DNA from: Smithella sp. PtaU1.Bin162
GTDB lineage: Bacteria > Desulfobacterota > Syntrophia > Syntrophales > Smithellaceae
Assembly (NCBI GenBank): GCA_002068015.1
Contig: MVRV01000029.1
Span: 24,373-88,372, forward strand
Direction of reading: 5' to 3'
DNA length: 64,000 nucleotides
Of this stretch, positions 19,946 to 30,008 are shown in pieces. The number at the start of each line of letters is the position of its first letter. Position 1 is the first letter of the stretch. The translations under genes and the position numbers were made by a program. Under the pieces are notes generated by a model that was given only the letters and a program-made list of their open reading frames with translations, was not told the DNA's origin and ran no database searches.

Positions 19946-21406
19946 ATGGAAGAAACCAAAAAAAATGAAGAAAATAGCGTGGAACCGTCAAATGCTCTTG
20001 CTGAGATTGCCATGGAAGACTTATCGCCGGAACTGCATATGGCCTGCGCTAATGCCGGTTGGAAAACCCTAACTCCGGTACAGGCCAAATCCATCCCGTA
20101 TATTTTAGCCAATCGTGACATGATGGTCCAGTCACGGACCGGCAGTGGTAAAACCGGCGCTTATATACTGCCGATCATGCAAAAAATCGACCTGCACCGG
20201 AATGCCGCACAAGCTCTTGTCCTCGTACCCACCCGTGAGCTGGCATTTCAAGTCTCCCGCGATGCCCAGATGCTGGCACAAGGTTCAAATTTACGAGTTG
20301 CGGTAGTATATGGGGGAGTTGGTTACAACGCCCAGCTTGAAGCTTTTCGCAGTGGTGCTCAACTGGTCGTAGGTACGCCGGGACGCATCCTTGACCATCT
20401 TTTAAAGAACACTCTGTCGTTCGATAACCTGAAAATATTAATCTTTGACGAAGCCGACCGGATGTTATCAATGGGTTTTTATCCCGATATGATAAAAATC
20501 CGCAAATACATACCGTCGCAGAAAATCGTAAGCAGCATGTTTTCGGCAACTTTCCCTCCCCAGGTCATCCGGCTGGCCGATCAGTTTCTCCGGAAACCGG
20601 AGCTTTTAAGCTTAAGCGGCAATCAGGTGCATATTGCCGAAATCGAACATATCTATTACGTTGTTCCCGGCATGCGCAAAGAAAGATCGCTCGTACGCAT
20701 CATTGAAATTGAGAATCCTTCTTCGGCTATCATTTTTTGCAATACAAAAGACACGGTTCATTATCTTTCCGTAGTGCTCAAGCGGTTTGGTTACGACGCC
20801 GATGAACTGAGCTCCGATCTCGCTCAAAGCGCCCGGGAAAAAGTAATGGCCCGGGTAAGGCGCGGCGCGCTGCGTTTTTTGGTAGCTACGGATGTCGCCG
20901 CCCGCGGCATTGACATTCCCGATTTGTCCCATGTCATTCAATATGAACCACCGGAGGACCCCGAGGCATATATCCATCGTGCCGGCCGTACCGGGCGGAT
21001 GGGATCAAGCGGAGTGGCCATTTCACTGGTTGCAGAAATGGAAAAATTCAAGTTGCAGAACATTGCCCGCTTTTATAGTATTAATATGGAAGAACGCTCT
21101 CTGCCTGACGACGAAGAGTTGGAAAGAGTAGTATCGGAGAGGATAACCGCGCTTCTCGAAGCACGTCTGCGCTCTCGTGACAATCTGGAAGTGGAACGCA
21201 TGCAGCGTTTTGTACCACTGGCTAGAAATCTGACTCAGGCCGAAGATGAACTGGCTTTAATCGCTATGCTTCTCGATGATTATTACCAGCAATCCTTGCA
21301 TGCGCTGCCGGTACAACCGGTAACACCTGCCGAGCATAAACCGTTGGATGAGCAAAAAAACAAAAAAAGGCGGCCGCGGTCACGCAGCAAAAAAGAAAGG
21401 CCGTGA
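19946..21406 (+). CDS. DEAD-box ATP-dependent RNA helicase
   Basis: 486 aa. Q-motif region, motif I SRTGSGKT, DEAD (FDEADRML), SAT (FSAT), HRAGRTGR and a basic C-terminal tail. Confidence 0.9.
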   Translation: MEETKKNEENSVEPSNALAEIAMEDLSPELHMACANAGWKTLTPVQAKSIPYILANRDMMVQSRTGSGKTGAYILPIMQKIDLHRNAAQALVLVPTRELAFQVSRDAQMLAQGSNLRVAVVYGGVGYNAQLEAFRSGAQLVVGTPGRILDHLLKNTLSFDNLKILIFDEADRMLSMGFYPDMIKIRKYIPSQKIVSSMFSATFPPQVIRLADQFLRKPELLSLSGNQVHIAEIEHIYYVVPGMRKERSLVRIIEIENPSSAIIFCNTKDTVHYLSVVLKRFGYDADELSSDLAQSAREKVMARVRRGALRFLVATDVAARGIDIPDLSHVIQYEPPEDPEAYIHRAGRTGRMGSSGVAISLVAEMEKFKLQNIARFYSINMEERSLPDDEELERVVSERITALLEARLRSRDNLEVERMQRFVPLARNLTQAEDELALIAMLLDDYYQQSLHALPVQPVTPAEHKPLDEQKNKKRRPRSRSKKERP

Positions 21407-21465
21407 AATAGCCCGCTGCTTTAAAATAATCAGCTTTTGCACAGTCAAATTGTCACCAAACTGCG

Positions 21466-21497
21466 TCAGGAAGGAAAATCGCCGTAAACCTTCCTGA
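21466..21497. terminator. hairpin between convergent genes (weak, no T-tract)
   Basis: tcaggaagg(21466-21474)...ccttcctga(21489-21497) forms a 9-bp stem with a 14-nt loop. No U-run follows. Confidence 0.3.
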
Positions 21498-21498
21498 T

Positions 21499-21849
21499 CT
21501 ATCCCATTATATCCAGAAGTGTTTTTTGTATTTCCCGTGCGGTTTTGATAATCAGAGCGTTGGCTTCATACGAATATTGAGCAACCATTTGATCGGCAAT
21601 TTCTTCTTCCATATTCACGTTTGACGATTGTTGGGCTGCTCCGGTGTTTTCGTCGGGATCAAACTCCATTCCCGGCGTTTCAATCTTACTTATGGTCACT
21701 TCAACTCCGCCGGAGTAATCTTCCTGCAATTCCACACGGCTCTTCTTGAAATCATTAGTATTTATATTGGCGATATTGTTGGCATTTACATCGAGCTTAC
21801 CCGTAAAAGCTTTGAGCGCGGTAAGCGCGGTACCAAAAGCGGACGGCAT
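21499..21849 (-). CDS. small flagellar basal-body rod-like protein (FlgB/FlgC-type N- and C-terminal motifs)
   Basis: About 116 aa from the ATG at 21849, with AGGAG 9 nt upstream. N-terminal ANNIANINT resembles the flg_bb_rod signature. The C-terminal VNMEEEIADQMVAQYSYEANALIIKTAREIQKTLLDI resembles the rod C-terminal heptad domain. Confidence 0.55.
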   Translation of the reverse strand: MPSAFGTALTALKAFTGKLDVNANNIANINTNDFKKSRVELQEDYSGGVEVTISKIETPGMEFDPDENTGAAQQSSNVNMEEEIADQMVAQYSYEANALIIKTAREIQKTLLDIMG

Positions 21850-21977
21850 GAATTTGTTCTCCTGTAATGTCTTATCGGCAGGAAACAACTGAACTTGAAT
21901 GTGCAGAATAAAAAGAGAATTACGATATAGTACAATTTTTAAATCAGGACGGGCATATATCCATTATCAACAGTCTG

Positions 21978-22535
21978 TTAAGCATTGCCGTCGGTCTTTT
22001 CGCCCCGGATGATTTTCTTTAAGAGTTCCCAGTCGATATCATTGTTCAGACAATTATAACGGGCAGCCGGAATGTACAGGGGGATCACTTTACCGCGGTT
22101 GAGATAAACCCCTCGGGTATTAACCGTAGTCGACCGAATGCCTTTTTCGATTTCGAAATCACAGGCCGCTCCTACAGCCGCTTTGATTTTTTTTCTCTGC
22201 ACCAATCTCTTGGTAAATCCCGTGCTGGGTGTAATATAAAATTGCCAGCCCTGCTCTTCACTTAAGGCACGAATCTCTCCACAGCGGCAATTTTTACATT
22301 TGATGCAAATAACCCCGTCCTCTTTGGAAAAATGTGCCCGGCATTTATCGCCGATCAGGCAATGGGGAAGAATCACCGCCTTTTGGGCGGAAGAAACTTC
22401 ATCAAACTTCTCCCGGTAATAGGCATTGGTGACAGCGGAAAGATCATAGCGAATGCCCAGCTTCTCAAGATATGAGCGCACGGGGAAGAAGAAAAGGGCG
22501 GAAATGAGTTTAAGTCTGCTGCAACCCTGTGTCAT
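21978..22535 (-). CDS. DUF116 family protein (Cys-rich)
   Basis: About 185 aa from the ATG at 22535; the track ORF starts at a TTG at 22556. AVILPHCLIGDKCRA...CIKCKNCRCGEI matches the DUF116 Cys pattern as I recall it. Confidence 0.6.
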   Translation of the reverse strand: MTQGCSRLKLISALFFFPVRSYLEKLGIRYDLSAVTNAYYREKFDEVSSAQKAVILPHCLIGDKCRAHFSKEDGVICIKCKNCRCGEIRALSEEQGWQFYITPSTGFTKRLVQRKKIKAAVGAACDFEIEKGIRSTTVNTRGVYLNRGKVIPLYIPAARYNCLNNDIDWELLKKIIRGEKTDGNA

Positions 22536-22610
22536 AGAAAAAATAGAGCCTTGCAATATAAATGATTTTCTACATTACAGAAAAAAAATAATAATTCAAG
22601 ATCAATAGTG

Positions 22611-23228
22611 TTATGAATTGAGCTGCAATAACTCTTCCGGTCTTGTAAACAGGTAATCCGGCCCGGCTTGTTTCATTTTTTCTTTACTGTGCCACCCCCA
22701 GGTTATACCGACTGTTTTCACCCCGGCCGCACGGCCTTCCTTGATATCGCCTGTAGTGTCACCAATGTAATAAATATCCTCCGGCATGATCTGATATTTT
22801 TTTGCAGCATAAAGTATTTTATCTTTTTTACTGAGCAGAAAATCGGACCCCAACACTTCCTGAAAATAACCATTAAATTGAAATTGTTTTAAGGCCCCGT
22901 AAATTGTCGGAGAATCGTTGGAGGAGATAACAAGTAGAATATTGTTCTTCTGCAATTTGTCCACTACAGCGAGCATGGAAGTAATCGGCTGCATATCCCG
23001 GTAAGTCACGGCAGCAATCAAACTCCCGGACGCTTCCATAAATTGTTTTACATCCACTTTCCGCTCGGCCAGTGATTCGTAAAAATTGCCTTCGAATAAT
23101 TCCAGAAATTCTTCCCTTCCTCTGGTGAGAGGCATGTTCATTCTGGCGAGCGTATTGCCGACTACTTTTTCGTAGACAGCGAGCGACTCCACCAGCACAC
23201 CATCAAAATCAAAAAGAAACAATCTCAT
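22611..23228 (-). CDS. HAD-superfamily hydrolase (phosphoglycolate phosphatase-like)
   Basis: 205 aa. Motif I FDFDGVLVES, motif II VISSN and motif IV YIGDTTGDI. Confidence 0.8.
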   Translation of the reverse strand: MRLFLFDFDGVLVESLAVYEKVVGNTLARMNMPLTRGREEFLELFEGNFYESLAERKVDVKQFMEASGSLIAAVTYRDMQPITSMLAVVDKLQKNNILLVISSNDSPTIYGALKQFQFNGYFQEVLGSDFLLSKKDKILYAAKKYQIMPEDIYYIGDTTGDIKEGRAAGVKTVGITWGWHSKEKMKQAGPDYLFTRPEELLQLNS

Positions 23229-23234
23229 TAAAAA

Positions 23235-24272
23235 TCAGCCCTTTAACAGATTAGAGATGGATTGGCGGTAGGGCTTTCGAATAATCCCTTTTTCCGTAAT
23301 AATTGCGGAGATATAACGGGCAGGAGTAACATCAAAAGCCGGATTATAAACTCTCATACCGGCAGGTGCCGTCTGAACTTTTCGCCAAAAAGTAATTTCC
23401 GTATCCGGTCGCTCCTCTATTGGAATGGTTGAACCGTCTTTGAGCGAAACATCTATTGTGGAAAGCGGTGCGGCAACGTAAAAAGGGATGCCATGTACAT
23501 CCGCCAGGACTGCTAAAGAATAAGTACCGATTTTGTTGGCTGTATCACCGTTGGCGGCAATCCGATCGGCGCCGACAATAATTTTATCAATCTTTCTCTG
23601 TTGCATAAGAAATCCCGCCATACTGTCAGTAATTAATGTGGCAGCAATCCTCTCCTTCTTGAGTTCCCAGGCGGTAAGCCTGGCCCCCTGCAGAACGGGT
23701 CTTGTTTCGTCCACATAAACATGCAGTTTCTTCCCCGCCGCTTTGGCGGCACGGATCACACCCAGCGCTGTTCCGTAACCTGCCGTCGCCAGAGCGCCGG
23801 CATTGCAGTGAGTCAGAACCTTGTCTCCATCGGCAAGAAGAATACTGCCGTATTTTCCCATCCGGCGGTTGCTTTCTATGTCTTCGGCACAAATACATTT
23901 TGCCTCGGCAACGAGCTCGCCAACCGGATCGGGTTTGCCGGACCGCAGAGCCTCCTCCAGGCATTTTTTCATCCGCTCTAACGCCCAGAAGAGATTGCGG
24001 GCTGTTGGTCTGGCTTTGGAAATCTCATCACAAACAAGATAAAAATTCCGCCGGAACCTGGCTTGCGGAAAACGGGCAAGTTCGGCAGCTCCCAGAGCTG
24101 CTGCCATAGCCGCGGCAACACCAATCGCCGGTGCACCCCGGACGGTTAAATTTTTTATGGCGGCAATCACTTCCCGATACCGGTGACAGGTAACATAACA
24201 CTCCACCTGGGGCAGAGTATTCTGATCAATCAGGACAACCGCATTATTTTTCCAGGTAATAGTCTTAATCAT
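23235..24272 (-). CDS. mtnA: S-methyl-5-thioribose-1-phosphate isomerase
   Basis: 345 aa in the eIF-2B alpha/beta/delta-like family. LIDQNTLPQ...[12 protein letters not shown]...HCNAGALAT...[18 protein letters not shown]...[19 protein letters not shown]. Confidence 0.85.
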   Translation of the reverse strand: MIKTITWKNNAVVLIDQNTLPQVECYVTCHRYREVIAAIKNLTVRGAPAIGVAAAMAAALGAAELARFPQARFRRNFYLVCDEISKARPTARNLFWALERMKKCLEEALRSGKPDPVGELVAEAKCICAEDIESNRRMGKYGSILLADGDKVLTHCNAGALATAGYGTALGVIRAAKAAGKKLHVYVDETRPVLQGARLTAWELKKERIAATLITDSMAGFLMQQRKIDKIIVGADRIAANGDTANKIGTYSLAVLADVHGIPFYVAAPLSTIDVSLKDGSTIPIEERPDTEITFWRKVQTAPAGMRVYNPAFDVTPARYISAIITEKGIIRKPYRQSISNLLKG

Positions 24273-25699
24273 CCGACGAGCATTTTCTTGAGAAGTTCGT
24301 TGACCTTTTGCGGATTGGCTTTCCCTTGTGTTGCTTTCATCACCTGACCGACAAAAAATCCGAAAAGTTTTTCTTTGCCGCTGCGGTAATCTTTAAGCTG
24401 GTTGGGATTGGCATCCATTATTGTTTGAATCGTTTTGGCCAGAGCGCTTTCATCCGTAATCTGAACCATACCCTTTTCAGCAATGATTACCCGGGGAGAT
24501 TTACCCGTCTTATACATTTCATCGATGATATCTTTGGCCATCTTGCCGCTGATAGTACCGTCTTCAATCAGACTGATCATTTCCGCCAGCGCCTGAGCAG
24601 TTATCGGGCAATTGCGAATGTCACGCTTTTCTTCGTTTAAAAACCTCAGCACATCGCCCATCACCCAGTTGCTGGCGGCTTTCGGCTTGGAACAAAGTTT
24701 AACAACTTCCTCAAAATAATCGGCCAGGGCTTTATCTGCGGTAAGTACCGAGGCATCATAAGCCGGTATCTGATAATCACTGACAAATCTTTGTCTCCGG
24801 GCAAGCGGCAGTTCCGGAAGTTCTTTTCTGATCTTTTCAATCCAGGCGTCATCTACAATAACCGGCACCAAATCGGGATCGGGGAAATAACGATAATCGT
24901 GCGCTTCTTCCTTGCTGCGCATGGAATTGGTCACGCCCTGTGCATCATCCCACAGACGTGTCTCCTGCACGACTGTTCCGCCGTTTTCCACGAGATATTG
25001 CTGGCGCTTGACTTCATATTCCAGCGCCCGCTGCACATTGCGGAAAGAGTTCATGTTTTTCAGCTCGGTGCGGGTGCCGAACTCTTTTTGCCCCAAAGGC
25101 CTAATGGAAACATTGGCGTCACAGCGGAATGATCCTTCCTCCATATTGCCGTCGCAGATTTCCAGATAAACCAGAATTTCATGCAGCCTTTTTAAATAAT
25201 CGGCGGCCTCCGCAGGCGAGCGCATATCCGGTTCGCTCACAATTTCGATCAGCGGAACTCCGGCACGGTTCAAATCAACATAGCTGGAAGGATTGTGCTC
25301 ATCATGCACCAGTTTTCCGGCATCTTCTTCCATGTGAATACGGGTAATACCGATTTTTTTCTGCTCTCCCTCTACGTCGAGGAGAATATAACCATGTTCC
25401 GAAAGAGGATAGGCATATTGTGAGATCTGATAGCCTTTAGGCAGATCGGGATAAAAATAATTCTTCCGGGCAAAACTGCAGGATTTATTAATGTTGCTGT
25501 TTGTCGCCAGAGACATTTTCATGGCATATTCCACAACCTTCTTGTTTAATACCGGGAGCACTCCGGGCATCCCCAAACATAACGGACAGGTATGGCTGTT
25601 GGGAGATCCGCCGAATTTAGTTGAGCAGTTACAAAATATTTTCGTATCCGTTAAAAGTTGGGCATGTACTTCCAAACCGATTATTGTTTCAAACTCCAT
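24269..25699 (-). CDS. gatB: Asp-tRNA(Asn)/Glu-tRNA(Gln) amidotransferase subunit B
   Basis: 476 aa. [15 protein letters not shown]..., with a GatB/YqeY C-terminal domain. 1-nt overlap with gatA and ATGA overlap with mtnA. Confidence 0.95.
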   Translation of the reverse strand: MEFETIIGLEVHAQLLTDTKIFCNCSTKFGGSPNSHTCPLCLGMPGVLPVLNKKVVEYAMKMSLATNSNINKSCSFARKNYFYPDLPKGYQISQYAYPLSEHGYILLDVEGEQKKIGITRIHMEEDAGKLVHDEHNPSSYVDLNRAGVPLIEIVSEPDMRSPAEAADYLKRLHEILVYLEICDGNMEEGSFRCDANVSIRPLGQKEFGTRTELKNMNSFRNVQRALEYEVKRQQYLVENGGTVVQETRLWDDAQGVTNSMRSKEEAHDYRYFPDPDLVPVIVDDAWIEKIRKELPELPLARRQRFVSDYQIPAYDASVLTADKALADYFEEVVKLCSKPKAASNWVMGDVLRFLNEEKRDIRNCPITAQALAEMISLIEDGTISGKMAKDIIDEMYKTGKSPRVIIAEKGMVQITDESALAKTIQTIMDANPNQLKDYRSGKEKLFGFFVGQVMKATQGKANPQKVNELLKKMLVG

Positions 25700-27156
25700 T
25701 ATAACCTGGGCCTCCTTTTTTCTATTTGTGCATTTTTCTCATAAACAGAGGCTATTTGAATAAGCTTCCCCTCTTCAAAGTGCCCGGCCAGAAACTGCAT
25801 GCCGATCGGCAGGCCGGCAGCCGTAAAACCGCAGGGCACCGACATGCCGGGAATTCCCGCCAGATTTGTCGAGATGGTAAAAATATCGGAAAGATACATC
25901 TGCAAAGGATTATCCGTTTTCTCGCCGATTTTGAATGCCGGGGTCGGGGTGGTCGGTGTAAGAATTATATCGCATTTTTTAAAAGCCTCTTCAAAATCAT
26001 GCTTGATTAACGCACGCACCTGTGAAGCTTTTTTATAGTAGGCGTCGTAATATCCGGAAGACAAAGCATAAGTACCGATCACGATCCTTCTTTTAACTTC
26101 GGCGCCGAATCCCTCTCTCCGTGTTTTTTTATACATCTCCAGAAGATCCCGAGCTTCAGATGTTCTAAGCCCGTATTTAACACCATCATAGCGGGCCAGA
26201 TTGGAACTGGCCTCAGCCGGTGCAATGATATAGTAAACAGCCAGACAATATTCCGTGTGAGGCAGAGAAATGTCCACACACTGACCGCCGTTTTTTTCGA
26301 TTACGGCGATAGCATCTTTTACCGCCGCGCTTACTTCCGGATCAATACCCTCGATAAAATATTCTTTGGGAATACCGATCTTCCACCCTTGGACATCACG
26401 CCCGACATACTGCCGGTAATCAGGGACTTCCGCCTTTACAGACGTGGATTCAAGTGGATCGTAACCGGCCAGGACATTCATCATAATGGCACAGTCTTCA
26501 ACATCTTTGGTAAAAGGACCGATTTGATCCAACGAGGAAGCAAAAGCAATCAAACCGAAGCGCGATACACGGCCGTATGTCGGCTTTAAACCGACAACGC
26601 CGCACAGTGCCGCCGGCTGACGGATGGAACCGCCGGTATCCGAACCAATGGAAGCAATACATTCATCGGCGGCAACCGCTGCTGCCGAACCGCCGCTGGA
26701 ACCGCCGGGTATTCTTGTAAGATCCCAGGGATTTCTGGTCGGGCCGAAATAAGATGTTTCCGTGGAAGATCCCATGGCAAATTCGTCCATATTGGCCTTA
26801 CCCACGAAAACCGCACCGGCCGACGCGAGTTTCTCCACAACGGTGGCATCATATGGCGGAATAAAATTATGCAAAATATGCGAGCCGCAGGTAGTGGTAA
26901 TGCCTTTCGTACATACAATATCTTTCAGAGCAACGGGAATGCCGCTCAAAGGCCCGGCTTTACCGCTTTGTAAATCTTTATCGGACTGTTCGGCCGCAGA
27001 CATTGCTTCTTCTTTCATCAATCTTATATAGGAATGAACCCGTTCCTCTACAGCATTGATCCTGTTGAAAACAGACTCGGCAACTTTTACCGCCGACGTC
27101 TCGCCGTTTTTCAATTTTTCCTGCAGTTCATGAATGGTTAGCTGATTTAACTCCAT
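25699..27156 (-). CDS. gatA: Asp-tRNA(Asn)/Glu-tRNA(Gln) amidotransferase subunit A
   Basis: 485 aa. Amidase signature [25 protein letters not shown]. Confidence 0.95.
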   Translation of the reverse strand: MELNQLTIHELQEKLKNGETSAVKVAESVFNRINAVEERVHSYIRLMKEEAMSAAEQSDKDLQSGKAGPLSGIPVALKDIVCTKGITTTCGSHILHNFIPPYDATVVEKLASAGAVFVGKANMDEFAMGSSTETSYFGPTRNPWDLTRIPGGSSGGSAAAVAADECIASIGSDTGGSIRQPAALCGVVGLKPTYGRVSRFGLIAFASSLDQIGPFTKDVEDCAIMMNVLAGYDPLESTSVKAEVPDYRQYVGRDVQGWKIGIPKEYFIEGIDPEVSAAVKDAIAVIEKNGGQCVDISLPHTEYCLAVYYIIAPAEASSNLARYDGVKYGLRTSEARDLLEMYKKTRREGFGAEVKRRIVIGTYALSSGYYDAYYKKASQVRALIKHDFEEAFKKCDIILTPTTPTPAFKIGEKTDNPLQMYLSDIFTISTNLAGIPGMSVPCGFTAAGLPIGMQFLAGHFEEGKLIQIASVYEKNAQIEKRRPRL

Positions 27157-27194
27157 AGACTCCTCATTAATAAATTCCCGGGAATAATTATCTG

Positions 27195-27482
27195 TTAATC
27201 GATGACTTTCGGCACGCGGAAAAATTCGCCGCGGGCATCGGGGGCGTTAGCCAGTGACTTTTCCGTTCCGATGGAGTCTGCAACTCTGTCTTCCCGAAAA
27301 GCATTGGTCACGGCAATTGCATGACTCATCGGCTCTACTCCCTGAGTATTGAGCTCATTGAGCTTACCGATGTAGAGTAGAATATCATTGAGCTGAAATG
27401 TAAATTTTTCTTTTTCTTGCTCGGATATTTCCAGACGCGCCAGATGCGCCACATATTCCACTTCGCTGCTGCTGATTTTCAA
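27195..27482 (-). CDS. gatC: Asp-tRNA(Asn)/Glu-tRNA(Gln) amidotransferase subunit C
   Basis: 95 aa. [27 protein letters not shown]... in the position upstream of gatA. Confidence 0.9.
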   Translation of the reverse strand: MKISSSEVEYVAHLARLEISEQEKEKFTFQLNDILLYIGKLNELNTQGVEPMSHAIAVTNAFREDRVADSIGTEKSLANAPDARGEFFRVPKVID

Positions 27483-27497
27483 CGTAATCCTCCTTGC

Positions 27498-28550
27498 CTA
27501 TAATCCCCAGTAGGGATTAATCTTGCGGACAACCTTTTTTATGACATTGCTCGCATCTTCATTTTTTACCTGTTCCAGAGCCGAAAGTTCCTCTTCGGCA
27601 AAGCAGGTTTCATCCGACATCTCCTGTAAAACGGTTTTTGCCGACCCGGTTAGCCCCCGCACATTATAGCCGCCTTCCAGTACGGCTACCAGCCGTCCGC
27701 AGCAGCAATGATCAGCAATAGTAAGCAAAATGCGCGTGAGCGCTGCAAAACCTTCCGGCGTTACCCGCATGCTCCCCAGCGGATCCTGAAAATAAATATC
27801 AAATCCGGCAGATACAAGTACCAGTTCCGGTTTAAATTCCTCGGCCACCGGGACTAAAATCCGGCGGAATATTTTCACAAAGGCATCATCTCCGGCGCCA
27901 CCCTGTAGCGGAACATTTATCGTATAACCTTTTCCTTTACCACGGCCAATTTCATCCAGAGCCCCCGTACCCGGATAATACGGATACTGATGAGTCGAAA
28001 AATACAAAATTCGCGGATCATCATAAAAACTGTGCTGGGTACCGTTACCATGATGCAAATCCCAGTCCACAATCAGCACTTTTTTCATACCGTACTTTAA
28101 AACGGCATGCATGGCCCCTATGGCGACATTATTAAAAATGCAAAAACCGGCAGCAGAACCGCGTTCCGCATGATGCCCGGGTGGCCGGACAAAAGCAAAA
28201 GCATTATCCACGCTACCGGACATAACAGCGTCAATCGAATTACACACCCCGCCTGCAGCCAGCTTCGCTATCGCATATGTTTCCGGACCGGTTGCCGTAT
28301 CCGGATCAAGCATAACGCAGTCCTGGCCTGCGGTACCGGCAACAAAATCAATATAGGCAGTAGAATGAATCGTCGCTATTTCCGCATGTGTGGCTTCGCG
28401 CGGTTCAATTCCCATAAACTTCCGATTCATGGCGGAATTATCCAGCATTGCATAAATTGCCATGAGCCGTTCAGGGCTTTCCGGATGGGCAAAACCGGAT
28501 GAATGACGTAAATACCTATTATCTCTAACAATACCTGTTTTCCCGGACAT
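27498..28550 (-). CDS. histone-deacetylase-family (class II HDAC / acetoin-utilisation AcuC-like) deacetylase
   Basis: 350 aa. RPPGHHAERGSAAGFCIFNNVA, VDWDLHHGNGTQ and VSAGFD (Zn and catalytic residues). Confidence 0.85.
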   Translation of the reverse strand: MSGKTGIVRDNRYLRHSSGFAHPESPERLMAIYAMLDNSAMNRKFMGIEPREATHAEIATIHSTAYIDFVAGTAGQDCVMLDPDTATGPETYAIAKLAAGGVCNSIDAVMSGSVDNAFAFVRPPGHHAERGSAAGFCIFNNVAIGAMHAVLKYGMKKVLIVDWDLHHGNGTQHSFYDDPRILYFSTHQYPYYPGTGALDEIGRGKGKGYTINVPLQGGAGDDAFVKIFRRILVPVAEEFKPELVLVSAGFDIYFQDPLGSMRVTPEGFAALTRILLTIADHCCCGRLVAVLEGGYNVRGLTGSAKTVLQEMSDETCFAEEELSALEQVKNEDASNVIKKVVRKINPYWGL

Positions 28551-28863
28551 AGGCTGTTTTTGAATACGCCCCCATAAAAAACTGTGGCTCGTTTACCATA
28601 AACGACCGGAAAGAGCAAAATATTTCCCCCTGAGCAGGAATAACCGTCACTTTCAGCAATATTCCGTCTTCCGGAAGTACATTTTTGGAACTGCCACCAA
28701 TGCTGTGAACAAAAAATATACAGAAATGTCTTTTTGTGATTGGCGGCAGATTATAATTGACAACTATCGATTCCCTTTTTACGACCGGTAAGGTATTAAC
28801 AATGTAGCTCTTCAGAAAACCGTGGTCATAGGTATCGCAAAAGATGTTGACAAAAACATCCAT
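28525..28863 (-). CDS. hypothetical protein (weak ORF)
   Basis: 112-aa ORF with no recognisable motif. It overlaps the HDAC start by 26 nt and is the only ORF of 60 aa or more in this 310-nt gap. It may be non-coding. Confidence 0.3.
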   Translation of the reverse strand: MDVFVNIFCDTYDHGFLKSYIVNTLPVVKRESIVVNYNLPPITKRHFCIFFVHSIGGSSKNVLPEDGILLKVTVIPAQGEIFCSFRSFMVNEPQFFMGAYSKTAYVRENRYC

Positions 28864-28907
28864 CGAAATATATGGTAATCACTCAAATTTTCAGGAGCCG
28901 GTATTTT

Positions 28908-29183
28908 ATGTTTGGTATTGGAGTACAAGAATTAATTATCATTGCCGTTATTGCTCTCCTTATTGTCGGTCCTAAAAAATTGCCCGACTTGGCAAAAACT
29001 TTAGGAAAAGGCTTGCGTGACTTCCAGAAAGCTACCGAAGGAATCACCGAAGACATTAAACAGACTGTGCAAAGCGATGAAACGCCGAAAAACAATGCGT
29101 CGCAAGAGAAACCCTTAATAACACATGATCAGAAAGAAACTAAAGCAGATCAGCCGGATGAAACATCTAACAATAAATCTTAA
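28908..29183 (+). CDS. tatA: twin-arginine translocase subunit TatA/E
   Basis: The ATG at 28908 has AGGAG 11 nt upstream. MFGIGVQELIIIAVIALLIVGPKKLPDLAKTLGKGLRDFQKA is the canonical TatA TM plus amphipathic helix. Confidence 0.85.
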   Translation: MFGIGVQELIIIAVIALLIVGPKKLPDLAKTLGKGLRDFQKATEGITEDIKQTVQSDETPKNNASQEKPLITHDQKETKADQPDETSNNKS

Positions 29184-29240
29184 ATATTCAAAAACATCTG
29201 TCCGCTATTCTAAAAAAGAGATAACTAAAAACAGGTAATT

Positions 29241-29996
29241 ATGGAAAACGATGAAGTTGAAAAGATGTCGCTGGCTGACCATTTAACAGATTTGCGCAAA
29301 AGACTTGTCCGGGCGTGCATTGCCATAGGCATTGGTTTTTTTGCCTGTTATTATTATAAGGATTGGCTCTTTGATATTATCACCCGGCCGCTGACCGCCG
29401 TATTGCCCAAAAACAGCTACCTGATTTACACCGGGCTTACCGAAGCATTCTTTGTTTACATGAAACTGGCTATTTTTTCTTCTCTTATCATTACCAGCCC
29501 ATTTGTTCTTTATCAAATATGGAAATTCATTGCACCCGGTTTGCTGCCTGATGAAAAAAAATATGTCGTTCCGTTTGTGATCTCTTCTTCGCTCCTTTTT
29601 ATTGGCGGTGTTCTTTTCGGATATTTCGTCGCACTGCCGCCGGCATTTGAATTTTTTGTCAGCTTTAACAGCAAGTACCTGCAGGCAATGATTGCCTTCA
29701 GCGATTATCTTTCGCTGTTTGTAACATTTTTACTTGGCTTTGGTTTGTCGTTTGAATTACCGGTTTTCATGTTTTTTCTGGCCAAACTGGGGATAGTAAA
29801 TGCAAAAATGCTTTCCAAGCAAAGGCGCTACGCCATTCTGGTTATTTTCGTCGTCGCCGCGATCCTGACACCGTCTCCCGATGCCTTAAGCCAGGCGTTG
29901 ATGGCGATACCTTTAATGTTTTTATATGAAGTAAGTATATTTGTAACAAAATTTGTAGAGAAGAATAAAGCTGCCAGGGCAAATAAAGAAGAATAG
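29241..29996 (+). CDS. tatC: twin-arginine translocase subunit TatC
   Basis: 251 aa with six predicted TM helices. N-terminal MSLADHLTDLRKRLV and TEAFFVYMKLA are typical of TatC. Confidence 0.9.
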   Translation: MENDEVEKMSLADHLTDLRKRLVRACIAIGIGFFACYYYKDWLFDIITRPLTAVLPKNSYLIYTGLTEAFFVYMKLAIFSSLIITSPFVLYQIWKFIAPGLLPDEKKYVVPFVISSSLLFIGGVLFGYFVALPPAFEFFVSFNSKYLQAMIAFSDYLSLFVTFLLGFGLSFELPVFMFFLAKLGIVNAKMLSKQRRYAILVIFVVAAILTPSPDALSQALMAIPLMFLYEVSIFVTKFVEKNKAARANKEE

Positions 29997-30008
29997 CTTA
30001 ATAACATC

